Below, in pieces: positions 13,735 through 27,024 of a stretch of DNA of 64,000 nt (positions within the stretch are counted from its first letter, which is position 1; each line of letters starts with the position of its first letter). The notes beneath the pieces were generated by a model that did not search any database, was not told where the DNA came from, and saw only the letters and a program-made list of their open reading frames with translations. The position numbers were made by a program, and so were the translations under genes. The stretch is from Octopus vulgaris. Lineage: Eukaryota. The stretch lies in contig OX597816.1 in NCBI GenBank assembly GCA_951406725.2, positions 93,930,001 through 93,994,000 on the forward strand, in the 5' to 3' direction.

Positions 13735-14511
13735 TGATGACTCCGGCACTTGGGCTGTTCGGGTTTAGCCTGAGTATAGATTTAGTCAAGTGAACGTGTA
13801 TTTGCGAGCTGATTTAATTTCTGCCAACACTGACTTCAAGTATGTAATTTCAGCCAATAACTCGGGCTCCTTTTATTGAGCGTGGTCGCAATTCATTTAT
13901 TTTCCTTCAGCATTTGTCGATCGTCTTAGAGGTGCCCTGTGTCAAAATATATCATTCGTAGCAGATGTTCTCTCGACATCGTTCACACGCGCCTGACTCG
14001 GGCTCAGAAGTTACAACCCGAGTTGTTATCTATAATCGTAAAAATTAAAATTAATTCAAATTCAACGTTTTCTTGAAACAATAAATTTCTATAGAGATTC
14101 TGATTTAAATTCCAATCTCTGAAAAGTTATTCTACAATATTCTTAAAGAAACGAAAAATTATCCAGTAACTCGGACTAATACGAACGAGCCTAATAGGTG
14201 TAAAAGACTAGCTGGCATCTCTTGTCAGGAGTACAGCCGACAGTCAGATCGTTGATGTCTTTTGTGCACTCTGCGGTCGTAATTTGATTACTGTTATTCT
14301 GTGCGTCTGTGTGTAAAGATCAGTTGCAGGATTGCTTTATTTTTACAATTAACTTAGAAATGGAAAAAGACATACTGATAGATATTAAAAAAATAAGCCT
14401 TTTGGGGCTAGAAATATCGCGGAAAAACGTGAAATTCTTCGAGCAACCATGTATCTTATGCGAAATCTGTGATGACCCCGAGTGACGCTGTGTGTTTGTA
14501 TATATGTATGC

Positions 14512-14574
<63 letters not shown>

Positions 14575-14611
14575 TGTATACATATATATAATATTGTATA
14601 TATATATATTA

Positions 14612-15813
14612 TGTAATGATAGGAATGGGATTAGCCCACTCTTTAGGAACAAGTCATGGAATACTATAGAAAGGACAAAAAAGAAAATAGGGAAGGCCAA
14701 CTCTTGGTATGATAGCCATAAATACCAGAGTGTCATGTTCGTTGACACCACCCCTCGAGGTGAACTGGCGTACCGCTTTAGAAGGACCCTAGACAAACTT
14801 AAGCTAAGTATTAAGGTTGTTGAAAAGCCAGGCAACCCTATCAAATCTATAATTGGTAGAACCTATCCTTTTAGTAGAACCCCCTGTACGGATAAGTACT
14901 GTACTGTATGTAGATTTAGCCCACAAACAAACTGTAAAGCCAGAAATGTAGTCTATAGTATAAGATGTATAGAGGGACGATGCAGTAACAAGACAACGAC
15001 ATACGTAGGGGAAACAGCAAGAAGCATAGGAGAGCGGGTAAATGGACATTGGAGAGAACTCAAGGAAGGTAAAAGCTCATCGATTCTGTACCAACACGCC
15101 GAACAGGAACACGGGGGATCAATCAACAACATAGAAATTAAAATATTGTCCACACATAGAACAGATGCAACAATCAGACAAATTACAGAAGCTACACACA
15201 TAATAGAAAATAAACCTAGCCTGAATAGGAAACTAGAATGGAACACTAGCACACACCACAACATATGACGGTAGAGGATCCCGAAAACATAATAAATACA
15301 CAGATAAATAAACAAATAGAAATAAATAACTATATAAGTTTTTATTTTTATTTATTATTATTATTATTACTAGTATTGTTGTTATACATACACACAAGCA
15401 TATGTAAGATAATAATAAGTGGATGTTAACACATGAACAAAATAAGAATAAACAAAAACAACAACAACAAAAACAAATTACATGAACGTATATAAACAGA
15501 AGATACAAATATTGCAGGCATCCCCCCAACACACACTAAATAAATAAAGACGCACATAGAGATATAAGCATGCGCAAATGAAGACATACAATAGAAATAC
15601 AAAATGGCTAACGGTTAGTATGGAGAGACACAAATAAGAAAGAAAAAAAACAAAGGACCACTGATGCGGTCACAGGAGTGTGACGAAAGAACTCTGGCCG
15701 AAATAAGATTAAGATTAATGTAAAAAATAAATAACACTGAAGCAAAATAACACCAAATATATAGTGCGTGTATTTTTATTGGCTAAACTGGCAAAATGAC
15801 CATTCCGAAATGT

Positions 15814-15815
<2 letters not shown>
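14612..15815 (+). mobile_element. 5'-truncated Penelope-like element: RT thumb end, Cys-rich linker, intact GIY-YIG endonuclease and 3' region
   Basis: Open frame 14613-15268 contains CTDKYCTVC..NCKARNVVYSIRCIEGRC..YVGETARSIGERVNGH..HAEQEHGG..RQITEA..LNRKLEWN. Same family as 6835-8345; flanked by TA/TG microsatellites. The N-terminal part of the listed ORF (14492-14611) is microsatellite. Confidence 0.9.
15655..15705 (+). ncRNA. Hammerhead-like motif in the Penelope-like 3' region
   Basis: GGACCA-CTGATGC-GGTCACAGGAGTGTGACGAAAGAACTCTGGCC-GAAATA: CUGAUG core plus GAAA with two alternative stem II pairings. Position 9 is C rather than A. Confidence 0.5.
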
Positions 15816-15819
<4 letters not shown>

Positions 15820-15912
<93 letters not shown>

Positions 15913-15955
15913 TATATATACATACATATGTGTGTGTGTGCGAGTGCGTGTGTAT
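15820..15955. repeat. (TA)n/(TG)n microsatellite
   Basis: Direct reading. Confidence 0.95.
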
Positions 15956-16372
15956 ATCTATGATGGAAATTATGTAATGATCAAAAACAAAAGACAACCC
16001 GGGACACATGTTTTAACGAATATTGTAATAGTTTCACACTTAAATGAAAGAATACAATGAGTCATAACGTTCTTTATGTCAGTCCTACATCAGAAGAAAC
16101 GCATATGAGTAAGAGAAAAAACAGTTGAGAAGGAAAGACAAAAGAAAAATTAGCAAGGGGTTGGAAACGTGGGTTGGGTACAGATCTATTTCGGAGTGAA
16201 GGAGGGAGAAAAGCTGGGGTTGTGCATGTATAGGAGTGTATCTTTCTTTCGAAATGGGCGTAAGAGAGTGAAGTGGCCTGTGTGGGATTTTTTTTTAGGA
16301 TGAGCACATTTGTGTAGAGGTGTGCAAGTGAGAGACTATAGTGGTGTGGATTTGTAGTGGTGTGAGTTACTG

Positions 16373-16404
<32 letters not shown>

Positions 16405-16484
16405 CTGTGTGTGTGTGTTTAATCGTGTTTTTCTAAACGCTTTTCTTTTCTTGAAGTATGTGTGCATCCTTTTGGTGGACACTG

Positions 16485-16550
<66 letters not shown>

Positions 16551-16556
16551 TGTATG

Positions 16557-16608
<52 letters not shown>

Positions 16609-16811
16609 CATTGGGGGTAGGGAAATAGTCTTGGTCTATCAGGGTTGTGAGAAAAAATATATGTAAATTAGTGGAATGAAGTGGACGGCCCATATATGTA
16701 GAGAGTTTCTTTTCTTTTCTTTTTATCTAACACGTAAGTATATGATACATGTATATTACAAAACCACATTAAAATTCAAATCGAAAACCGAAGAAAACGC
16801 AAACATGAGCG

Positions 16812-16819
16812 AAGAAAAA

Positions 16820-16887
<68 letters not shown>

Positions 16888-17330
16888 AGGAAAGAAAGAT
16901 CAATTGAACACCTCAATTCGTCGCATATTACAAGGTTCAACGGAACCTACAGAAACAAGCCAACATGCTAGCGGAATTACCACGGGAGACGGTGTAGCAA
17001 AGGTGTTAAAACAGCCAAGCACCCTCACCGCATCACCAAGCTCGTCAGCAAGGCGTGCCGCTAACGATAGTTAGAACATTGCTGTCAGTGGCCCAGCCCC
17101 TCCAAACGTCTCAAACGTCAAAGACTAGAAGTGATTCACTGACAAACCTCGATATATAACGATTTTGTTCCGATCGGCTACGAAATCAGAGACCTTCCCA
17201 TTTTTCGCAGCATCCAAGATGTAGGAGGGAGCAAAAGAGTCACAGACTGTGCCATCCCAGATGAGGCACCTATTTCATACCTAGGGTTAAAGGGTAATAC
17301 CATTTGGTCACTTCCTATCACTTCTAGATA
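16812..17330 (-). mobile_element. 3' fragment of a CRE-type (RLE) non-LTR retrotransposon with (TTTC)n tail
   Basis: Minus-strand translation gives PNGITL..NRCLIWDGTVCDSFAPS..TFETFGGAG..LAARLADELGD..WLF..VSRGNSASML, matching the CRE-clade endonuclease pattern (PDG..LVWD.TV.DT.A..ETLG..RGNA). The tail is the (AAAG)n at 16812-16898 on the plus strand. Confidence 0.75.
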
Positions 17331-18214
17331 ATACTACCGGGAAAATGATGTATTCCTTCCAAAGGTGTATTCATTGCCAAAATCCGTTCTGGAAAACCCC
17401 AGCGCAAACCGAAATTAAAATGTGTCTGAATATATACATGCAAATTTATATGTATGTACAGGAAAGTTCGTGAAACTGTGAACTGCACGTGTGAACTGCT
17501 TTGTTAAGCTATACACAAACAAACTAGTGGCAGGACTTAAGTCGCTAATTATTTCTGTTTAGCTAATTCAGATTCATATGTATTTTGTTTCCCTTCTCTC
17601 TACAGAAGTCCAATTCGCTGCAGACCAACTCCCTAACTAACCCGCAGCGAAGTTCCAGTCTACAGTTCGTCTGTCATGAATCCTGCCCTACACGTGCATA
17701 TATTTTTGCTTGCATGCTTATATTTGACTGTTCATAGATATATATCATATTATATTATCTTATATTATATTATATCATGTTACATGTATAATGGCACCCA
17801 CGTATTAGATTTTCCCTCTACTCTTTTCAAGCTTACCTGGAGAAGGTAACGAGAATCTCCCTGTTTCCCTTTGAATACACCACCCATAATTTGCAATGAC
17901 TCAGTTTTATAAACTATACGGAGACTTACAACAGCAGTTAATATCTTACTTCGTAGGTGGTTCAGTTTTCTCAACCACCTGTGCCCTACTTGATACACTA
18001 ATATGCTTTCTCTGTGTATATATATGTATATATATGTATGCATACATATATATATATGCGTGTGTGTGTGTGCGTGCGCGCGTGTATGTATATACACACA
18101 CACACACACGTACAGAATATGTGCCAACCTTAAAAAAATGAAAAAATAAGTACAGGAGTCTATTCGTTTGACTTGACTTCTTCAAGTGAAGAGTAATATG
18201 TATATACTCCTTTC

Positions 18215-18528
18215 AGTACTCTTTTCCTTAACCGCTAAGTCTCAGGGTGTAAGAACCGCTAAGTCTCAGGGTGTAAGCACAGCAGCATCGGTTGTCAAGC
18301 GACGGTGGGAGACAAACAGGAAACAAAGAAACATACACACACATCACACACGTAAGTGTGTACAATGGGCTTCTTTCAGTTTCTGTCTACTAAATTTAGT
18401 CACAACGTTTTGGTTGGCACGAAGCTATAGTAAAAAAAATTCTTGCTTAAAGTGCCTCGCAGTGGGCTTGAACTCAGAACCATACGGCTGGGAAGCAAGC
18501 TTCTTACCTAACAACTACGCTTGCGCCT
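18215..18528 (-). mobile_element. SINE family B, diverged, with an internal ~21-bp tandem duplication
   Basis: Family B motifs; AACCGCTAAGTCTCAGGGTGTAAG is present twice in tandem. Confidence 0.75.
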
Positions 18529-18549
18529 GGATATCTGTCTTTCATTTGC

Positions 18550-18925
<376 letters not shown>

Positions 18926-19329
18926 AAATAGTTAAGCTAATATATGTGCATATATGCGTGTATGCGTGTAAAAGCGAATTTAGATAAGTAGGGGTGAATG
19001 GATGAATGACTGAATATCTCATTCCTTCAGAAAGTAATACTTGTAAAATAAGTTCTTATAAAAACATACATTTCCCCCATCTGTTAATATAGCTCCGATC
19101 TAGAATTTGAAAAGTTCCTAGCTTGGAGTCCTGTAGACGTATCCCATCACTTTGCATTCAATTCTTTTGAAAGACAGGTATCTGTCCCATTATAAGAATT
19201 TTCCTGGAATTATTTCTAGGAGTCACTAAACAAATACTTATTTTAAACGACGCTTTCAATTTATTAGTTTTCTAAAGTCCTTTAATAATTGCTTAAAATT
19301 TAATCATTTTAATAATAAAACCGGCGGCA

Positions 19330-19343
19330 ATATCATCATCACC

Positions 19344-19376
<33 letters not shown>

Positions 19377-19460
19377 TATCATCACCACCACCACCACCAT
19401 TATCATCATCACCACCAACAAACAACAGCCACAGCAGCAGCAGCAGCAGCAGCAGCAATA
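19330..19460. repeat. (CAT)n/(CAC)n/(CAG)n trinucleotide cluster
   Basis: Direct reading. Confidence 0.9.
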
Positions 19461-20550
19461 GCTATAGAAGCAGCTAATCAGTAACTACCTTGCTTGTTAA
19501 GTTTTCCTAACCACCTGTACCATACTTGAGGCACTGATACATACACCTCCCACTGTAGCCACGATCAGGCCAGTATAAAAATCACATTTTCACCATTACT
19601 ACTTCTACTTTTAGATAAACATCACTGGCCGACAACAGCAGGAATAGCACTGCTCCTCTTTCCGAGTCAAACTTCCACCAGAAGAATGGGGACAATGTTT
19701 TCCATATCACTTTGAAACTGTCAACTTTGGATTAATCTTTTTTCCCGTTCTATCGACACTTTACTTGCGTGGCCGTCGCCTAATTCTTTACAGTTTCCTG
19801 TGCCAATTTTCAGTGATTTATCTATCACTTCCAGCACCACCTCTAATTACGTTAAATCTTTCATCACACGCTGTTTATCTCCAATTTCATTTTCCAACAT
19901 TCTATTTCGTTTTTACTTATAGCTTTTCTAAACTTCTCTCTCGCCCTCACTTCCTCAACCTCTCTCTCTTTCCCTTTCTCTCTCTCCCCCTCCGCTCTCT
20001 CTTCCATGTAATCCTTCTGTCGGTAGAAAACGAAAAAGTAATTAAAGGATGATTTTTTTTTAAACTTTCAAAATACTTTCTATATTAAATAATAAAGTAG
20101 TCGAAAATAATATTAGGCAGTTTAAACTTCTACTTTCCAAATAGTGCAAATAAAATTTGTTAAAAACGCTGAATCAAGCTCCCACTTAGAGGAGTGAGAC
20201 AAAAGAAAAAAAAGAAAAGAAAAAGGAAAAACATACAAAGACTATTAACGTTTTGTATAAGGAATCGAAACAAAAACCTCAGGTGTCCTTTAGGAGAACA
20301 GCTGACTCTGGAGAAATGATCTGCAGGTAGGTACAATAGTTATGTTTATAAACATTTATGCTGTGTAACGTCTCAGCATGTTTTTTTCGTGTCATTTATG
20401 CAAATTCTTCAACTGTCTCTAAACACCGCAAATTTAGTGCAACTATCTATCAATCCATACACATACACATATGCATATATATTTATATATATGTATGTAT
20501 ATATATATATATGTATGTATGTATGTATATATGTGTATGTATGTATATAT

Positions 20551-20604
<54 letters not shown>

Positions 20605-21974
20605 ATGAAAGATCACTCAATTCTTTTTTGTAGAAGTAACGTGTGTGAGTGTGTGTATGTGGAGTGGTGGTGTGTGTGTGTGTGTGTGTGTGTCTGTGTA
20701 TGTGTATGTGCCTGCTTGTGTACTCTACTGAAACGTGTGTGTGTGTATGCGTGTTTAATGTATTTTATTATGTTATTATAAAGGTAATAATTTAAAGTCG
20801 ATAATTTTTAAAAAAATAATAATTTTTAAATGTGTTAACGAATCGCTTAACCAGTTCAGTATTGTGCCAAGAATTAGTGTACTGAAAAACAACAGCAGAA
20901 GCTCCCGCCTCTTACTTTTAAATAAAGTTTATTTAACATCAGTTTGACGGCTGTCTATCGACCACTACAAAAATCACATAAAACTTGCAGGTAAAGCTAA
21001 CGAAAAATATAATACATATTAGAAGAAATATATAACAATAATAGTTATGTTGTTATCATAACCGTCGAAGATATGAGTTTACTCTTCAATCAGCTGACAG
21101 GCAAAATTCGAAAGTAAGCACACGCAACAGATGAAAACGTTTTGTCTGTGTTTCCATGCCAACAACAACAGTTAAACAGCACTCACCGGCGAAATATAAT
21201 CAGAGGCATCTGAGATGTAGCGAGCAAACAAACGAACACAAATAATGTGGCTGCTGCCAGCTGATGGAAAATACCTTTCTTTCTTACACTTCCACCTTAA
21301 GCAAACTGCTTAACGATTTCTCGAAATGTCTGTGTGTGCGAATAATTCTCCTCGAATGACAGAAGTAATTTAACAGATAATGGTAGTTAGAGAAGGCCTT
21401 ATTAATTGCTTAATTAATCAAGTCAATGGATTACCGGCTTATGAAGTGCAGTTCATAAATTTCTTTTCAAAGATCCAGTTTTTTTGGGGGTTTTTTTCAG
21501 ATTTATTAGAGAAGAATAACTTTAAGTGACGTATCTTTATCTTTTACTAATTTCAATCATTGGACTGCAGTCATGCTGGGCCACTGCCTTGAAGGGTTTT
21601 AGTTGAACAAACAATCCACAATGGTTTTGCTCGCAACTTATTCTATCGGATTTTTTTTGTCGAACTGCTTGGTTACGAGGACGTAAACAAATCAACACTG
21701 GTTATCAAGTGATGAGAGGTGTGGGGCGGGGGACAAAAACGGACTCAAAGACACACCCACACATAGACGAAGCTCCTCTGTCCACACAGATAGAACTCAG
21801 AGAAACATGCGACTGACTCAACCAAAACAAAATATTAATTTCTTCCATGGTACTTTTTTTTAATACTAAAGTTAACACTAAACGGATATATATATATAAA
21901 TATATATATATGTACACACGCACACATACTTATGTATGTATGCATGTATGTATGAGACGGGCTTCCGCATACTT

Positions 21975-22396
21975 TACTCTTTTACTTGTTTCAGTCATTT
22001 GACTGCGGCCATACTGGAGCACCGCCCTTTAGTCGAGCATATCGACCCCGGGACTTATTCTTTGTGAGCTTAGTACTTATTCTATCGGTCTCTTTTGCCG
22101 AACCGCTAAGTTATGGGGACGTAAACACAACAGCATCGGTTGTCAAGAGATGTTGGGGAGGGGGGACAAACACAGACACACAAACACACAGACACACACA
22201 CACACACATATATATACATATATATACATATATACGATGGGCTTCTTTCAATTTCCGTCTACCAAATCCACACACAAGGCTTTGGTCGGCCCAAGGCTAT
22301 AGTAGAAGACACTTGCCCAAGGTGCCACGCTGTGGGACTGAACCCGGAACCATGTAGTTGGTAAGCAAACTACTTACCACACAGCCACTCCTACAC
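21975..22396 (-). mobile_element. SINE family B, full length
   Basis: Collinear with 13232-13628. An older partial copy lies at ~21540-21790. Confidence 0.9.
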
Positions 22397-22639
22397 CTGT
22401 TTAATGACTTTGTTGATGATGAGTATAAATGAGGGTGTGTGACGTTCGTGACACAGTCCGTAGCAAGAGAACTGTGTAAATGAAATGAAAATTGCTGCAG
22501 ATGTAAAACGAAAGAAGCTCGCTGAGTTGGTTAAACTTTCTTTTATCTTAATCTTACTTATTTCAGTCATTGGTCTACGGCAATGCAGGGACACCGTTTT
22601 GAATGCTTTAGTTGGGCAAATAGAGCCCAGTACTTATTA

Positions 22640-22696
<57 letters not shown>

Positions 22697-22697
<1 letters not shown>

Positions 22698-22944
22698 AAT
22701 GAGACGCCATGATAGATCGTTAGCCACTACACACATTTTTTCTCTCTTTTTTCTCTCCTTTTTTCTCTCCTTTTTTGTCTCCTTGTTTCTCTCTTTGTTT
22801 TCTGTGTTCCTTTCTGTAGAAGAGCGTAACTCGAAACGTAAAATACTTTTTCTATTCCGGAGTGTTATACTAACACATCTGTTTGTTTTGTACACCACCT
22901 GTCTTCGTCTTTTGTTTTGTTTTTTTTTTTCGTAAACTCTCCCT
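22697..22944 (+). mobile_element. Short non-autonomous Penelope-type (pLTR-like) element carrying a minimal hammerhead variant
   Basis: Bounded by (TA)n on both sides. Contains CTTT-CTGTAGAA-GAG-CGTAA-CTC-GAAA-CG-TA-AAA (22810-22843) and ACCTGTCTTCGTCTTTTGTT, both shared with 53055-53298. Confidence 0.6.
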
Positions 22945-23096
22945 ATATATATAAGCCTGATACTTTCGCTTTCTGCCGAACCGCTATTTTATGGAATGTA
23001 AACAAACCAACACCGGCCGCCAAACGGCAATGGTGGACAAACATATACGTAAAAAGACACACATTGATATATATACATACACACGCGCATACATGC

Positions 23097-23133
<37 letters not shown>

Positions 23134-23358
23134 AGCTTCCGTCTACTAAATCCATAAATTAAGTGTTTTTGCTCATGAACACAACGAGTCGCCCGCTCTT
23201 GGAAGCGAAACCACGATCATTCAACGTGAACCCAACACTCCTAGCCACTAAGCCATGCGCCTTGACTACACACACACACACACACACGAACACACACACA
23301 CACGCATACATACATACATACATACATACATACATACATACATACATACATACATACA

Positions 23359-23389
<31 letters not shown>

Positions 23390-24399
23390 GCATAGACACA
23401 CATTAAATAAATATATATATATATTTCTCTTTTTTTTTTTTTTTTTTTTCTTGGTGAGTCTGGTATTAATGAGCTTCAGAACCGTTGAGTGATACTTATG
23501 CATTTACTTAATGCCATTGATGGGTATATTGGCAGGATGATAGCGAAACGGACAAACTGCTTTATAGATTTAATCAATTCTTTCGCGCGTAAGTTCGAGA
23601 CCCACCAGGTTCGAATTTTGTTTTCATTCTTTTTTTAATTTTAATTTTTTATTGAATCAATGAAGAACGTACTAGTCAGACTGACTACTCCTCAAAAAAG
23701 TTGAGATAACGCTTGCATATACTTTAGAATTCAAGGACATCGGAGAGCAGACGATATATTGCTTAAAAAAAAAAAAACAGAACTTAATCTAATTATAACT
23801 CTTTTGATTCTGAGTCCTAACTCGACTTGAGTTACAATATTTTATTCCTCCAGCGCTAATGAAATAGCCCTCAGTAATATGTTAGTGCAGATTCAACCAG
23901 TTATAATTTCTTTCACTTGAACACACGCACACACATACACACATACACACACGCACACATACGCACACACACGCACACACATACACACATGCACGTGCGC
24001 ACACATGCACGTGTGCACACATGCACACACGCGCGCACATACACATGCACACACACACACAATTAGCCTTTGACATTTATTCCCATGAAAGCAAATAGAA
24101 ATTGTGATATCCATTCTATACAACATCGATAGCATGTGGAGTCCCTAGGTCGGTAAATCTTTCTTCTTTAACGAGTCAACGAAGAAATCTTTATGTGGTC
24201 GCTCAGAAAACTAGAAACAGCAGTTAAATCTGAAGTTACGTCCTATTCTTATAAACATGTTCATCCAGCATTATAGAGTCATGGGTGCAACATAACTAAA
24301 GCAAGACAGAATGTTCGTGTCCAGCTTCTCTCTGATCAGAAGTGTGCTCATTCAGGCTGATCTGAGGCTAAACAACAACTCGGCAATTTTACGAAATAC

Positions 24400-26220
24400 T
24401 ATCATACTACTACCATTCATTTCCTGAATATATTATTGTTTTCCAATCAGCCGTTTTCAGTCTATTCATGGTTGAAAGTTCAGTATTATGTTGCTGCCTG
24501 TATCTATGTTGATTGTAAAGCCTTTCTGTCAATGCTGGCTAACTATGGATTGGACGAGTTCCTATGGTTAGGTGATCAACGCTGGTCATATTATGATTGT
24601 ATGGTGTTAGCTTCATGGTACAAAGCGCTCAGCCGGAATTTGAGTGGTACTCTGTTCGATTCTCTGTAGAGGTTTGTTGGCCGCTTTTTTTATTGGTGTG
24701 GCTTTGTGGATAGGCTTACACAATCATTGTTTGAACATGAAATATATAGGCTGTATGTGAATGACGTTTGGATACAGAGAGAGAGTTATAATCAGTGGTG
24801 TCGTATGTGTAGCAGTGATGTTGGGGGTGACAGCACACAGACTGACAATGAATAGGAAGAAGAGTGTGCGACAAAACTGAACTCTAGGTCAGACCAGAAT
24901 TGGCAGAGTGTGAGTCAAATACAGTTTAACAACACCGTGATTGCATGATCTAACAGAAAGCCATTGATCCAAGAGATGAGGGACGAACGGAGCCCATTGG
25001 CGAGGTGTTTTGGAAGGAGATTCGCATGTTAGAATTGAAAGCTTTGCTAATGCCAGATAAAGCATTGCTTTCGTCAGATTTCTCTAGAGAGGTCTTACTC
25101 TCCTGTGTCACTCCTCAGAAGGAACTTTATAGGGAAGTAAGTCTCCAATAGGCATTGATCCATGAATATCTTACTGGTGATCAATAAGGCCGAGGAGAAA
25201 TTCAACATATTGAAGAAGACTTTTATTAATGGATGGCTCCAACACCTTCGATACAGGATGGCAGTTAGAAGTGTAAGAAGGCTTTACTTTCTTGATAATC
25301 TGATTCGATTATATTTTGCTGTAGTTTCGAGTTGTATGGTCTAGCTTTGAGGCCTATTGTTAAAGGATAATGGAAGGATCCTTATCAAAACGTGGGAGTA
25401 CTGCTCACAGAACCATACTAGATTCAAAGGGAAAGACAGAAGGGTTCTACAAAATTCGAAGAGATCCTATTAGCAAGGGATCAAAAGAATCGTCTGCAAC
25501 TTAGAAACCTGAAGAGTTTGTAGGTAGGCAGTGCATTCCACGGAGGTTCCCTTCACGGTTTGGATGAGTGCTTGTAGGAGTTGCGATATTAGATAGAAGC
25601 CATCGGAGGTAGCTTTTTTCAAGCATCCTGGGCCGTTATTTTTCCCTGAACTACTGTGACGCAACTGAGTTAACAGCTTAGAGGACTTGGGAACTGAGAT
25701 TTTGTGGGAGATGTGGAAGGACATGATTTGACCAAAAATGCTTTTCAAGAGCTTGGTTAGAAACCTTACCGCACTCACCGTTTTCTGATATAGCGCCTTC
25801 AGATCATCGACATTTTCAGCTGCTCTCCTACAGTCTGCGAGGTGTTTCTTTCAATAATGAGGTGGATCTGAAAACATGGCTCAATAAATTCTTCGAATTA
25901 AACCGATGATTTCTACTGACAAGGTATTGACAAGCTACTTCAACGTTGGCAAGAGGTCGTGAACAATGAAGAAGAATATATTGAGTGATTTGTTAAATTG
26001 CTGACTTATAGCTAAGAGGATGATTCCAGTCACCTGAGTAAAGTTTTTTTTATGATTGATCAGGGATGAATCAAATGTGCTGCCATGAAAAATGAATATA
26101 GAACTTTTGAAATTTCCGACTATTCAGCAAACCTGGAGCCCTATATGGTCTGATAGGGAAGGTATAATGTATAGTATGTCGATGAGTGGTGAGTAGCCGT
26201 GATTAGACGACCTGATAGGT
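24400..26220 (-). mobile_element. Highly degenerate CR1-like LINE (RT domain)
   Basis: Minus-strand remnants: SNCHP..SKVLE..LIDHQ (NYRPI..DHQYGF-like), LGISKAFN (LDISKAFD-like), SWINGFL, SSVLSHTLL (QGSVLSP-like) and YDTT (YADD-like). Many stops and frameshifts. Confidence 0.7.
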
Positions 26221-27024
26221 ACAAAGACAGTTACAAGTATCTGTGTGTCTATCAAATATGTAAAAATAAAACTGGTTAATGTATAGAGTTAAAGATTGCA
26301 AAATATTCGTTTACTGCACCGTCTACACCAGTGTGAGATGTGTGTGTGTGATCCAAGAAGAGTTGTGAACATTGAGCCGTTACAGAGGACATTAACTTCG
26401 GGCTTGAATGTATGTCCACGATTCAGGAAAAATATAATAAAAGATTTTGGGGGAGTATAATGTGCATTAGAGGGAACAGTTATATTTGTAAGTGTGGAGA
26501 AGAGACTTGCAACCAAAGTAATTGGAAGTCTTTTTTCGTTTTTTTTTTTGATACCCAAATGAGACAGGTGTTTGAGTTGAAAGTACAACCAAAGTATGTA
26601 CAGGTCCCACCTTTCAGAATGACCCTTGAGTAAAGTGTTTAGGCTGGAGAGCAGACTTGAACTATACGAAGTGTTCAGTGTATGAATGAATGCGTTGTAA
26701 GATCACAGTAACCAGTTGTTGGTAACTTGATCTAAAGGCTTGCAACAGAGCCAATTCCACAAAAGGCACTCTTAGGCTTAATGATGATGTTATAGCAGGC
26801 GACATCACAATCTCACACCAGATTTCTTTTTAAAAAAGCTGTTACCAGAAAATTCATCAGACTTCACGCTAGTAAGCACCACTATTCACATTAACAGATG
26901 TTTCCAGAACTGGTGCAAATGTTTAATCATGTCCCTTAATAAACATCCAGACAACATGTCGGTAATTTCCTTTACGTCCGCCCAACGCCCGATGTGTCAC
27001 TCTCACTTCATATCAGGGTAACAA

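Noticed and set aside
14320-14844. 174-aa minus-strand ORF
   Set aside because: Antisense of the Penelope ORF plus microsatellite.
15264-15300. SECIS element / selenoprotein-type (Naiad) Penelope
   Set aside because: The endonuclease is C-terminal, there is no in-frame TGA at Cys positions, and ATGACGG..CCGAA is too short for a SECIS fold.
16676-17074. 132-aa Lys/Glu/Arg-rich ORF
   Set aside because: It is (AAAG)n plus the antisense strand of the CRE-type relic.
17580-17700. Plus-strand exon after a strong acceptor (TTTCCCTTCTCTCTACAG)
   Set aside because: No good downstream donor and no meaningful reading frame.
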